NCBI GenBank assembly: GCA_964019335.1
Contig: OZ025658.1
Span: 310,001 to 374,000, forward strand
From: Diplonema japonicum
Taxonomy: Eukaryota; Protista; Euglenozoa: Diplonemea
DNA length: 64,000 nucleotides
Direction: 5' to 3'
Of this stretch, positions 45,874 through 56,567 are shown piece by piece. The translations under genes were made by a program, and so were the position numbers. Position 1 is the stretch's first letter. Each line of letters opens with the position of its first letter. The notes beneath the pieces were generated by a model that was given only the letters and a program-made list of their open reading frames with translations, was not told the origin of the DNA and searched no databases.

Positions 45874-47268
45874 TTAGGTCGCACGGGAATTACACAATGC
45901 GTGAACAACCGCTTGGGCGCAGCTGTTCCCAAACCGCGTCTTGTGGTGGAGGTCCGCACCGTGTTCAAGGAAGAGTTTCACCCCTTCGATGTTGTTGCGG
46001 CTCACGAGGACGCTGAGCGGAGACCCGCCTGCGGAGAACGTCATTTTCCCAAGAGATGGGTCGTGTTTCAGGATGATTTCTAAACTGGCATTCATCGGGA
46101 AGCCTTGCCGGGTGTCCTCACAGAGGGCACGGAGAATAGCATGAGTGATGGGGACGTTAGCTGTGAGAACCCTTTGGAGAAAGGCAGGAGGGAGGGCAGT
46201 GCAGATGACCACCCAGCTGTATGAAGGATCAGCAGCAATGAGCTTCACAGCGACCTCTAATTTATGGATAGCGGTTAGCTTTCTCAGAATGTTCTTCTTC
46301 ATTTTCCTGCTGAGAACGGTGGTGTACCTTGCGAGAAGCGTGACAACACTATCATCCGCCGACCTGTCCCACCATTTGTCGAAGAAGTACATCAACGATA
46401 AGCGGGCATCACCATGGAGTTGGTGCGAGACCCCTATGTTCCTATGGGCTAGGATACGATCCAACACGTCGACATCAGTCCTTGCAACATGAAGCAACGG
46501 TGTTGGTGTGACAGCAAAGTTCCTGAAGGCGCCATCGAGAATCGGCTGCAGGGCGGGGTTTGTTGCGATGTGATGAAGAAGATTGTCTGAAGTACTCCTT
46601 TCATGCATGTGTACCGGTTTGCAAACCATCATTGCGCCCAATATTTCCTTCATAGCCGCTTCGGGAATCCTCCCGTTACTGAATTTTTCGAGTACCGTTG
46701 GGTAAACAGAATAAGATATAGATGCACCAGCGTTCAGCAGTGGTATCACCCAGTAGTAGCGATCTGCAATAATTACTTCATCAAGAGCACGGTGCTCCTT
46801 GGCACACTCTTCGATGTAGTTGTTGAAGAGTGCTTCTGCCACAGTGAAGGAGCCACCACTTACAGCAAGCTGGAAACAATCCGAATTTCTTAGTTGCTGC
46901 GAAAAGAATTGAGTGTGAGTTGTGGTTCTGTAATGTTTCATTGAGTAGTAGGCCATGAAGGTCCCGACGTCGTCCTCGCGGAGTGCTTGCCTCATCCTCG
47001 CCAGCCCATCGAAGCCGGTTGGAAGCCCCGACATTTCAAATCGAACCTTCTCTTGAACCTCTTGGCTCGCTGTTATTGTTATCACATCCCCTTCCTGCAA
47101 CCCCAGGTCCGATATGATCTGGCCATCTTTTAGCACCTCCCCTTCAAACTCCACCTTGTGTTCCTCTGTGTCGCACCCTACTTCTTGTTTTAATCTTTTT
47201 TCATCCCACTGTTCCCCTATCTCTACAGGCAGCAGTTCGCCATCAAGCATCCGCACTGAGATCTCCAT
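45874..47268 (-). CDS. Ubiquitin-like domain + ankyrin-repeat protein (paralog B, tandem duplicate)
   Basis: Same N-terminus as paralog A (ATG 47268) and ANK motif GGSPLSVLVSRNNIEGVKLFLEHGAD; shorter C-terminus. Confidence 0.85.
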   Translation of the reverse strand: MEISVRMLDGELLPVEIGEQWDEKRLKQEVGCDTEEHKVEFEGEVLKDGQIISDLGLQEGDVITITASQEVQEKVRFEMSGLPTGFDGLARMRQALREDDVGTFMAYYSMKHYRTTTHTQFFSQQLRNSDCFQLAVSGGSFTVAEALFNNYIEECAKEHRALDEVIIADRYYWVIPLLNAGASISYSVYPTVLEKFSNGRIPEAAMKEILGAMMVCKPVHMHERSTSDNLLHHIATNPALQPILDGAFRNFAVTPTPLLHVARTDVDVLDRILAHRNIGVSHQLHGDARLSLMYFFDKWWDRSADDSVVTLLARYTTVLSRKMKKNILRKLTAIHKLEVAVKLIAADPSYSWVVICTALPPAFLQRVLTANVPITHAILRALCEDTRQGFPMNASLEIILKHDPSLGKMTFSAGGSPLSVLVSRNNIEGVKLFLEHGADLHHKTRFGNSCAQAVVHALCNSRAT

Positions 47269-47793
47269 TTTCTTTCTTTTTTTTTTTTTTTTTTTTGTGT
47301 GGTAATCTTTTTTTTTCTTCTTGCAGTCGTTTGCATTCTTGACCGACGGGCACGGTTGTTTGCGAAAAAGAACAAAAGCTCTTTGCTTCTCCTCCATCGT
47401 CACAGTTGTCTAGCGCACGCTACACTATCTCCCCCCGGGCAAACAAAGGAGGCCGATGTTAGTGACGCCCTGCCAAAAACAACAAAAAGAGCAGTAGTTT
47501 GATATATTTGAAGTGGCGGGCACAAATAAAAAAGAATAATAAAAATGAAGTATAAAAAACCTTTTTTTTGTGTGCTGCTTATAAGAAATAATAAACGAAG
47601 ATGGAGGGAGAGGTTTTTTAAAAAAGGGGAGGTGGAAGAAAAAAAGATCAATTTCCCCCCCCCTTCTGACAGCACTCCCCCCCCCCCCCCCCCCCCCATT
47701 CTTCCCGAAGTGATAAATAAAAGGGATCCTCCCCCCCCACCCCAACACTATAAAATAAAACTTACCCCGACACTTTTTTTTTCCTTTTTTTTT

Positions 47794-50158
47794 TCAACGG
47801 CAAACATCAAGCATTTTGTCAACCTCACTGTGTAGTAATTGTTTTTTTTTTTTTTTTTTCTTTTACCCTTGAACCATACCGTCTCGCCAGCACGTCTCTC
47901 CACGACCGCAGCATATCCCTGCACCTGGTGCGCCAAGAAGAGTTGCGCTTCGACGGCAGGAAGGACTCAACAAGAGAGAAAAGATTGTCCTTCACATCCC
48001 GAATGAAGTATCCCCCCGCTTGCTTCATGATGGCATCTAGAACAAACCAGGCGGTGAGAGCCTGGAGGTGGGAGAGGTCCTCATTCTGCAAGCGTGACTC
48101 AATAACGCACATAATTTCCGTGTGCTTGTTGCGGTTCTTCAAAATCTCCTTTCGGATCAACGTATCGATGGGCCCGTACAAAGGCTGGTTCACCCGCGCG
48201 AGGGACGCTTCAAAGTGTTCAAAGTACTCCTGATCCCACTCTCTTTCAACATCGTCCCTATCGGGTATTCTCTGCCCCCGTGATTTTTCTCTAGCTGCGT
48301 CATAAATATCACGTGGTTTGAACTGTTCCAACTCGTCTTTCGGTTTTGGAGGCGGTGCGCCTATAGCCTTGCAGTACTCCTCTTCGGTTAGCTCTTCAAG
48401 TGGCTCTGTGGTGAGCCTTTTTCTCTTCTCGCTTTTCTCTGCGGGGCCCAACGCCTCCAGGCCTTCCAGTAAAGTCTCCTTTGACATCTCGTCATCGCTC
48501 ACCTCGACACCGGCTTTCCTCAGTTTCTTCTTCTTCTTAAGCTTCGACAGCTTTTGTATCCTGTCCTGCAGCTTCGTGTACGTCATCAGGCTTCGTGCGA
48601 ACTTTTCCTCCTCGGTGGCGGGTTTCTGTTGAGGGGGGGGGGATTTTTTTTTGTTTCTTTTTTATTGTTGCGTACCGTTGAAGCGTGTGCCAACACCATC
48701 CCGATGCCCACGTTGTCATCGGGCTCTGCTTTGAAGGATACTTCCTGTTTTTTTTTTTTTTTTTTTTTGCTTTTGTTTTTTTTTGGATTGTTTGGTTCCT
48801 GTATACCTGTGCCTCGCCCCCTTCCAACCTCTTTCTGTTCTTGCATTCCTTCGCAAAATGCCCCGTCCCACCGCAGATATAACAGCAGTGATCGGGACGA
48901 TCTTGGCTCACATGCGGGCGGTCCCACGGGCACGGCTCTTGACACCTGTTTTTTTTTTTTTTTTTTCTTTTTTTTTTCCCCTCTCCCTGATGGCGTACCT
49001 GCCCTCCCAGAATTTTTTGCAAGGCGAGACGGGCCTGCCGCCGCGGTCGGGAGAGGTGCTGCGGCCGCCCTTGCGCTTTGACGATGAGGAGGGGAGGGTG
49101 GTCACGGTGCAGTTGAAGCCGAAGAGAAGCAACATTTTACCGTGCTTGTGGCGTACAGTACCGAAGCACTGATGGCAGAGGTCGTAGTGGGGGTCGAGGC
49201 ATTCGGTGCACCGGTATCGCTGCCCTTGGATGTCCTGGCGGCAGTAGTCGCAGGTATATTTCTTGAGGGGTGGGGGCATGCCCACAACACCACCGCCGGG
49301 GAGCTTTGTACCGCTGAGGGGGTTGTGTTCCATGCCAAGGGGCTCCATGCCGATGCGCTTGCCCTGCAGGCCTTTCTTATCACCGGTGAGCCCGGAGGAC
49401 ATTTCAAGATCGACCTGATCCTTTGTCTTGCCGCGTCCCCATGTGGGCACGAGCTCGTCTTGTTGGCCGCCTCGCTTTCGTTTCCTACGCTCCTTCTTGT
49501 CGTCAGTGTCGTCACTGGATTCGGATTCGCTGTAAGATGAGCTTTCTGAGCTTGAGTATGATGAATCATCTACCTTTGCTACTTGGTGTGAGGGTGCGGG
49601 TTTGCTCATTTCGAGGTTTTTTGTACAGGCTTTGATGAGGACGGCTTGGGAGTCGCGGTGGGAGCTGCACTTGTTCTTCGCGCAGTCTTGGCAGACATCT
49701 TTACATATCGAGCACCACCAAGACGCGTACTTCCCCGAGCAGTCCCCTCTCTTGCACCGCAAGACCGGGCCCTTGTTTGTGTGGGAGGACATGGCCTCGT
49801 TGTTGTGGATGAGTAAGAAGCACTGTTCGCAGTACATTGCCCCCAGGTCGGAGCAGTTGTAGCAGACCTCTGCGGCAGGAGCGTCGGCACATGCTTGGCA
49901 CAGCAATGATTCTTGGTGGGCGCTCGGGTCGAGAACAGGGGCTTCTAGTGTCATGCTTCGTTCCTTGGTTCCCCTCATTGGGGGCATTCTCCTGTCTCGT
50001 GGGTCGGCACGTTGGTCTCTTGCACCGTAGTTGCCTCTGTCTCTCCCACCTCCTCTGAAGTCACGGTCGCTTCGGCCGCCTCTGAGGTCCCTGTCACCGC
50101 GGCCCCCATACCCCCCACCGTCTCTCCTGTCATCATACCGTCTACGGTCGCTGTGCAT
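47794..50158 (-). CDS. Multi-zinc-finger (B-box, ZZ, CCCH-like, CCHC) RG-rich protein with a C-terminal CID/RPR-like domain; introns 48946-48998, 48745-48806, 48626-48675, 47828-47879
   Basis: Splicing four GT-AG introns gives one frame: CQAC..CYNC..YCEQC..H, YTCDYC..RYRCTEC..YDLCHQC, CYICGGTGHFAKEC, and AWFVLDAIMKQAG...RDMLRSW. Confidence 0.8.
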
Positions 50159-51295
50159 CGTGCCCTGGGGTGTTTGCTTTTGAAAGTATGGCAAGGTAGG
50201 GAAAGAGAAGAAAAAAAAGGAAAGAGGAAAAAAAAAAGAGAAAAAAAATGCTGTAAACCTCTTACTTATTTCCGGGGGGGGGGGGGGCGAATTTTTCTTT
50301 CGGCTTTTTTTTTCCCCTTCCTCTTCGCCTTGTTTTGGCGGTGGTCCTTAACAACCCCTTCCCTTTTTGTTGGGGGGGGGAAACACACACACAAACCCAA
50401 AAAACCAAAAAAAAAAAAAGTGGGGATGTAATTGTTTCAGGGGGAACACACACCCTGCTCTTCCTGGAGAAAAATTAAGAGGTTTGCAGTAAATAAATAA
50501 AGAATAAGGAGAGGGGAGGGGGGCGTTGGTGTGGGGGGAGATAAGACAGTGGGGGCATGGTAGGGAAAGGGGGAAATTAATAAAAAAAAGGTTTTTTTTT
50601 TAATGCCCTTCCCTCCCCTTTAAAAAAAGAAGAAAATTCGGGTTTCTTAACTATTTTACCCCCACAGGAGGGACAGACCGATGCCCCCCCCCCCCTTTTT
50701 TTTTCCTCAAAGATTTCGTGCAGAAAATAAAATAATAATAGAGGGAGAGAGCCGTGCTTACGGAAAGGCAAAAGGGGGGGAATAGAACAAAAATAAGAAA
50801 CCCCCCAAAAACTCCCCTCTCCCTTCTTCCCCCTTCTTAAGAAAAAAAAAAAGAAAAATTAGTGAACAATAAAAAGGGGGGGATTATCGCCACCAGACCG
50901 AACCAGTTCTCCCTTCCCCTCCCCCCTGTGGAAGAATAAAAAGGAAAAGAAAGAAGACAATGCCATCCACCTCTCCTCCACACCCCTCCCTTTAAAAAAA
51001 AAAGAGAAAATCTTATGTACACATATCAAGGGCGTAAAGAAAAAGAAAAATAATTCTGTGGTCATCACTGTCCCTGTCTCCCTCCTTTCATTGACTAAAA
51101 GCGAGGGGAAAAAAGGGGTGAGGGAGGGGAATGTGTAAAAAATAAAAAAAATAAAGATGAGGGTAATCTCTCTCTTTTTTTTCCCCCGGGAGTGGGTGAC
51201 GAAAAAGAAGGGATGGGAGAAAAAAAAAGGGGGGGGTTTTGTGTGAGATGCAGCAGTTCGGTGCTCGTCATGTGTCGAAGGGAAGAAGGAAAAAA

Positions 51296-51327
<32 letters not shown>

Positions 51328-51520
51328 AAAAAAAAAAAAAACTATAAATGAGGGGAGTGTTGAGCAACAATCCACTGCTCTTGCGATATTCTCAATAGGC
51401 GTAAAATACCCCTTTTTTTTTGTTTTAACAATATTATTGTCGGGACTAAAAACTAGTTGATGGCAGCGTAATGAGCTATTTTATTAGGTAAAATTCCGCT
51501 CGTGCGCACAAACAAAGAAA

Positions 51521-52582
51521 ATGTCAAGGGACGAGTTCGAACTAGGGAAGGTTAAGTGGACGGACGTCGAGACATCGACATATCCTCCTTCGGCTACCCC
51601 CGCGAAACACGGTCACGACTGTGTGTTCTTCCCCTCGTGCGATAGGGCCCATGATCTGGGTAACCATTGCGCGAGGTGCGGACGCGTGGGGGACCCCGAG
51701 TGCCTACGGGCAAAAATGAAAACGAAGGCCCTACGGGTGCGCTTCGAGTTGCCCACGAGTTCAGAGGAGCTTTGGGTTTGCCCTCCGTGTTGCTGGGAAG
51801 TTGACAATGGGGCTGACTTAGTTGTCACCGACGAGGGGGCAGATCATGCGGAAGGGGAGGACGAGGAGCGCGAGGAAATGACGGACACTGGCGGGGTCGC
51901 TGAGGTAGACTTGCTGACGGAGGCGGAAAGCCACGCTGACCCAACGGTACGCCGTTTGGTGCAGCTGATGGTGGCGAGGAACGACGCGATGGCCCTGAAG
52001 CATGAAGCGCTGGAGGCCGAATTAACGGCTCTGCGCAAGGAGAAGAGGACCAGGGTCCCGTTTGACCTGGATCTTCGGCGGGTCGTGGAGTGGGTCCCCT
52101 ACTTGGATTGCCCTTCGGGGGTGGACGCAATCCTGTCCGCGATCGCGTTGCGTTACGGTCCTTTCGTGGACAAGCCGGAGAGTGACGCCAATGCGGGTTG
52201 CCACGAATCTATGAGGATCTGGCACTACCTACGGGTAGCTCGCGACGAGGAAGGCAAATGGTCTAAGGATCTACTTCCGACGCTGCACAGTTACATGCTA
52301 CGGCTTGAAGCTCTGCGCGTGCTGACGAAGTGTGGCCAGAATTTCCGGCTCGGGATTCAGAAGGCCCGCGCTTACGAGGGGTATCTCTTCGGGTCACACT
52401 GGGAGGACTTCTCCGATAAAAAGCTACGGCTTACATTTAAGCACATGAACTCTACGGAGGCCGTGCTTGGGGTCTTGAAGAAGGATCGGGAGAGGGAGAG
52501 GGAAGCAGACAGGTTGAGAAACAGACAAGGTGGAACCCCTAAGAGGACTAGGTTGGGAAGTTTCTCGACTCCAAAAAAGTGA
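51521..52582 (+). CDS. Element 2 gag-like ORF1 (N-terminal Cys/His finger, coiled coil)
   Basis: Intact 353-aa ORF starting 4 nt after repeat A1; HDCVFFPSC..H...CARC..G..ECL...WVCPPC. Confidence 0.8.
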   Translation: MSRDEFELGKVKWTDVETSTYPPSATPAKHGHDCVFFPSCDRAHDLGNHCARCGRVGDPECLRAKMKTKALRVRFELPTSSEELWVCPPCCWEVDNGADLVVTDEGADHAEGEDEEREEMTDTGGVAEVDLLTEAESHADPTVRRLVQLMVARNDAMALKHEALEAELTALRKEKRTRVPFDLDLRRVVEWVPYLDCPSGVDAILSAIALRYGPFVDKPESDANAGCHESMRIWHYLRVARDEEGKWSKDLLPTLHSYMLRLEALRVLTKCGQNFRLGIQKARAYEGYLFGSHWEDFSDKKLRLTFKHMNSTEAVLGVLKKDREREREADRLRNRQGGTPKRTRLGSFSTPKK

Positions 52583-53614
52583 GCCGCGGCCTCACTCTCC
52601 CGAAACCCAAACCCCTCCTTCCCCAATCAAAAAATCCCTCTCTTCCTTCCTCTCTTACGACTATAACGCTTTCCGATTCCCCATGGAGCGATCTTCTCCG
52701 TGGCGGAACCATCCGCAAGAAGGACTCTGTCGACGGGAGCGAAGTTCCAGAGCTACGGCAGAACACGCTAAAGACGATGTCCACCGCTTACAAGGGTCAG
52801 GCTTTTCTCTCAGTGATGCGAAGATCGGAGGCCTTCCGCGAGCAACTCCAGAGGATTCAGCCACACCTGTCAAAGGAGATGTGCTTTGCGATGTGGGTAC
52901 AGCGTCTACGCGACGAGAAGCGCCTCAGCCCGAGTTCGGCTCTGCAGTATATGACGTACTTCAGCCAGGCGGAGAGGTCCCCTTTTCAACTTCTTCGGCG
53001 ATCCCTGAGTCGAAAACTCTCGGACCACTCCGCGCAGAGGACAAGATGGCCCGGGTGCCGACCATGTCCGCAGTGAAGGAGGTGATCCCCAAGAGAGGCA
53101 TCTTGGCGGGGGCCTTGAGCCTCCAGCTGGCTTCGGCGTGCCGGTGGGTCGACTTGAAGAATCTTCTAGTCAAGCACGTGGAGCAGGGACGCCACGACAT
53201 CCCGAAAGGTTCGGTGATGCTTACCTTTGTGGGGGCAAAACCGACCTGAGCAGTCGCGGCCAGAGCCTGGTTTTAAGTTCACAGAACAAACAGATCGACA
53301 AGTTCCTGTTGTGGATGGACTCGCAACCGAGGTTGCCCGAACACCGGCTGTTTCAGGAGCTTTCCTACGGGGACTACAACTCCTTCGTGAAGCAGAGCCT
53401 CGGGGTGACAACAAGGTTCATCCGTCACGCGACCTTGAACGAAGTCGCCCTGACCCAAGGGGAGGAGGCCGCGAGGACACTTGGTCGGCATCGTCGCGTC
53501 GAGTCGACCAGACACTACACCTCTCGAGGTACGTGGGGGGACGTGAAGGGTCGGTCGACGTCTCGAGGAACCTCTAGATACTTTTTGGGAGGTTTTGTCC
53601 TGGTACGACTATGA
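52579..53614 (+). pseudogene. Element 2 tyrosine recombinase (frameshifts near 53045 and 53235)
   Basis: ACRWVDL (R), GGKTD (K), RFIRH (R replacing H of HxxR), LGRH (H) and STRHY (Y); aligns with element 1 YR. Confidence 0.85.
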
Positions 53615-55142
53615 CTGGGACTGGTGGAATCTGGAAGGAGACGTGCCTCGGATTCCTCGAGCGAGCTATGAGGGTCATGTGGCAGGCGCACCCCTAGAGC
53701 CCCTCGATGCTGCCTTGTTGCAGGAGGACTTCCCCTGTCTGGGGGAGAACTTCGAATGGATAAAGCCGTCTTTTCTTCGGCGGCACATCGGCAGCCGCGC
53801 TAAGGAGGTTGGTCCTCGCAATACGAGATTGGCTGTTCTTGTTGGTCAGATCACTGGAGGCAACATCGCTGTGAAAGCCCCGAGGAGCAGAGCCGGTTCA
53901 TTTTTTCATAGCGCTTTTTGCGTTAAAAAGCGAAAGCCTGGACAGCTGCGTTTCATCCTCGCCTGCACAGGTCTGAACAAGAGTCTGAGCCACTTACCCT
54001 TGCCGCCGTGTAACTTCCCCTCCTATCGTGAGATAGTCGAGACCATGTTCCGAGGAGCCTACTTCATCGAGCACGATTTCAAATCATGGTTTTTCCAGTT
54101 TGAGCTGCACAAGGAATCGCGGCCTTTCTTCTCGTTCAGAGCGGATGGGAATATCTTGCAGATGCAGCGGCTTGCAATGGGATACCGAGCCGCGCCGCAG
54201 CTGGGTCAAGCCGTCGCCAGATGTGTGGCTAACGAGTCTGTGAGAAATTCATCCGTTCTGGCTGTCGTCTGGCTGGACAACATCGTACTCATCGACAAAG
54301 ACCTGGGTACGTTGAAGGAGGCTTCGCTCAGGTTCGAAGCTCTGTGCCGGAGGTACCGCATCGTGATCGGCGAGACGTCGGCTCCGTCACAGGTGGGTAG
54401 AGTCTTGGGTCTGGAGTTCGACCTCCAATGCAAGAGATGGAGGATGTGCAGCAAGTGGATCGAAGCCCTGAAACCGGTACTGGAGGACTTCGTGTTTGAC
54501 AGACCCCTACAGCTTCGGAGGTGGTGGAGGCTCTGCGGTCTTGTACTTTGGCGAGCTCATGCGCTGGCCCTCCCTCTTTTCAGGTTCAAGTCCATCCTTA
54601 AGTGGATGTCGGGTGTGTGCAAAGGCGAGGACCTCGATGCTGCTAGTCGAGCGGGTTTTTGGACTACACTCATAATGATACCAGCGTCGGTGCAACGTGC
54701 GTTGCGAGCCGCTTTCGAAGAGTTGAGACAGAACGAATGGAAGCGGTGGGCCGAGCGACCTACAGTAAGGCTCGAGGCCTTCACGGATGCCAGCTTGACG
54801 GGGTGGTGCTGCATGCTAATGCTCGACGGGAAGAAACACGTCAGGTGGGGACGTATACCGCAAGCCTTGGCGGGAGCGGCCATTGCTCGATTGGAGATGT
54901 ATGCCCTGCTGGAACTGCTAGAATTTGCTTTTCGGGTGTTGGGTCTCCGGAACGTGGTGCTTCACGTGGGTATCGACAGCACTGTCGTTCTTGGTGCTTG
55001 GCGGAAGGCCTACTCCGGTGACGAGGTCATGCTCGAGATGCTGTGCCGGGGCAGAGAGATCGCGGAGGAGGCGCAAAGCGAGGTGTCTGGGTTCTACGTG
55101 AGGTCCCGGGAGAACCCGGCGGATGCGTACACTAGGTTGTGA
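53595..55142 (+). CDS. Element 2 reverse transcriptase-RNase H
   Basis: AFCVKKR..QLRFI, HDFKSWFFQF, RLAMGY and VWLDN; RNase H motifs FTDASLTGW, LEMYAL, IDSTVV and ENPADAYTR. No ATG at the ORF start. Confidence 0.9.
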   Translation: MSWYDYDWDWWNLEGDVPRIPRASYEGHVAGAPLEPLDAALLQEDFPCLGENFEWIKPSFLRRHIGSRAKEVGPRNTRLAVLVGQITGGNIAVKAPRSRAGSFFHSAFCVKKRKPGQLRFILACTGLNKSLSHLPLPPCNFPSYREIVETMFRGAYFIEHDFKSWFFQFELHKESRPFFSFRADGNILQMQRLAMGYRAAPQLGQAVARCVANESVRNSSVLAVVWLDNIVLIDKDLGTLKEASLRFEALCRRYRIVIGETSAPSQVGRVLGLEFDLQCKRWRMCSKWIEALKPVLEDFVFDRPLQLRRWWRLCGLVLWRAHALALPLFRFKSILKWMSGVCKGEDLDAASRAGFWTTLIMIPASVQRALRAAFEELRQNEWKRWAERPTVRLEAFTDASLTGWCCMLMLDGKKHVRWGRIPQALAGAAIARLEMYALLELLEFAFRVLGLRNVVLHVGIDSTVVLGAWRKAYSGDEVMLEMLCRGREIAEEAQSEVSGFYVRSRENPADAYTRL

Positions 55143-55748
55143 CATGTTTTTTCCTTGGCACGAGCGCGCTGGCGGCCTACCCCACTCCTGGCCAAGGTTC
55201 GCTAAGACGAATCTGTGACCTAAGGGACACGCGGCGGGGAGGGGGGGGGCGTGTTCATAAGTGGACCGCTCGTGCGCACAAACAAATGGAGCGCCAAACT
55301 AGTTTTTTGTTTTAACAATATTATTGTCGAGACTAAAAACTAGTTGATGGCAGCGTAATGAGCTATTTTATTAAGTAAAATTCCGCTCGTGCGCACAAAC
55401 AAATGGAGCGCCAAACTAGTTTTTTTCTGAACAGGTATTGAAAAAAAAAAAAACAAAAGAAAAAAAAGCCTGTGAGATTATCGCTGTAAACGCGGGCAAG
55501 GCTCAGCGAGCTCGTTACCCCTCCCCTTCTCTTTTTTTTCCCCCCGACAAGGAAGCAAAAAAAAAAAAAAAATGGAGGGAGAAAAAAAAATATATATATG
55601 GAAGGTCGCCCCCTCCTTTTTTTAAGTGAAAACAGAAAAAAAATCTCCTTATTTTTTTTGGGGGGGAGGGAGTCTTAAAATAGAAAATGAAGAAAAGAAC
55701 ATATAGAAAGGGGGGAGGGAAGGGGGAGAAGGAAAAAAAAAAAAAAAA

Positions 55749-56329
55749 TTAATAAACATCAAATTCATCGTCTTTATCACTCGACGAAGCTGTCACGGTT
55801 TCATCCTAAGGTAAAAAAAAAAAAAAAAAAGTTCCCCCCCTCCTTTTTTAACTCCTTATCACATACCGAATATTGCCCGTTGCTTCTGACCATTTCTTTG
55901 TATGCTTGATCCCAAGCGTCGTCTAGTTTATAGTCCTGGGGAAACGTCGGGTTTTTTTTTTTTTTTTTTTTTTTAAACAATACCCCTTGCTTTGGGGCCG
56001 ATTCCCACATTTTCTTCTCAATCTCCTCCACATTGTCGGTGATAACTTGCTCTTTCTTGTTGGTGTGGTTGCACGCTGCCCCTCCTTGCCGCTCAAAGTT
56101 AGCCCCGGAGAGAAAATCATCAATTGTAAGTTCGTCTTGGTACTTGGCAGGCTTAGATGAAGGCCGCCCAGCTGAGTTTTGGACATCGGCCTTATTTGCC
56201 CTGTGCTTTTCAGCGTTCCCTCCACTAATTGGAGTGGTTCTGTAGGGGTTTGTTGAGTTTTTTTTTTTTTTTTCTTCTTTTTTTTTTTTCCCCACAAACC
56301 TCCTTGTGAGCTGCTGCTGGTCTTGAAAC
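55749..56329 (-). CDS. Hypothetical hydrophilic protein; introns 56240-56299, 55936-55983, 55806-55866
   Basis: GT-AG splicing removes poly-Lys/Phe stretches and keeps the frame to ...GQYS|DETVTASSSDKDDEFDVY*. Confidence 0.65.
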
Positions 56330-56567
56330 ACAGCACTGAAATCCGACATTTTTTTTTTAAAAAAAAAAAGAAAAGAAAAAGAGAGCAGTGTCTCTCCTTT
56401 CTTTCTCTTCGCGTCCCTCCCCCGCCCCTCCCTCCTGTGGGTGAATTAATATTCAAATTTATTTCGGGGAGGGGGGATAGAATGAATAGACATCTTGTTT
56501 CTGTTTACGCAACGATTGTAAAAGAAGGGTGGGTGAGTTTTTTTTTTTTTTTTTCTTTTGCTACGTG

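Larger units (their letters stand above)
51422..55419 (+). mobile_element. Tyrosine-recombinase retrotransposon family 2 with complete split direct repeats A1-[gag-YR-RT/RH]-B1-A2-B2
   Basis: A1 51422-51516 matches A2 55309-55403 and B1 55266-55302 matches B2 55383-55419. A and B overlap in ccgctcgtgcgcacaaacaaa. The element is flanked by T-tracts. Confidence 0.93.

Noticed and set aside
55266-55419. Repeat-spacer-repeat as a CRISPR array
   Set aside because: Only two units, the spacer equals the element's left end, the context is eukaryotic and no cas genes are present.
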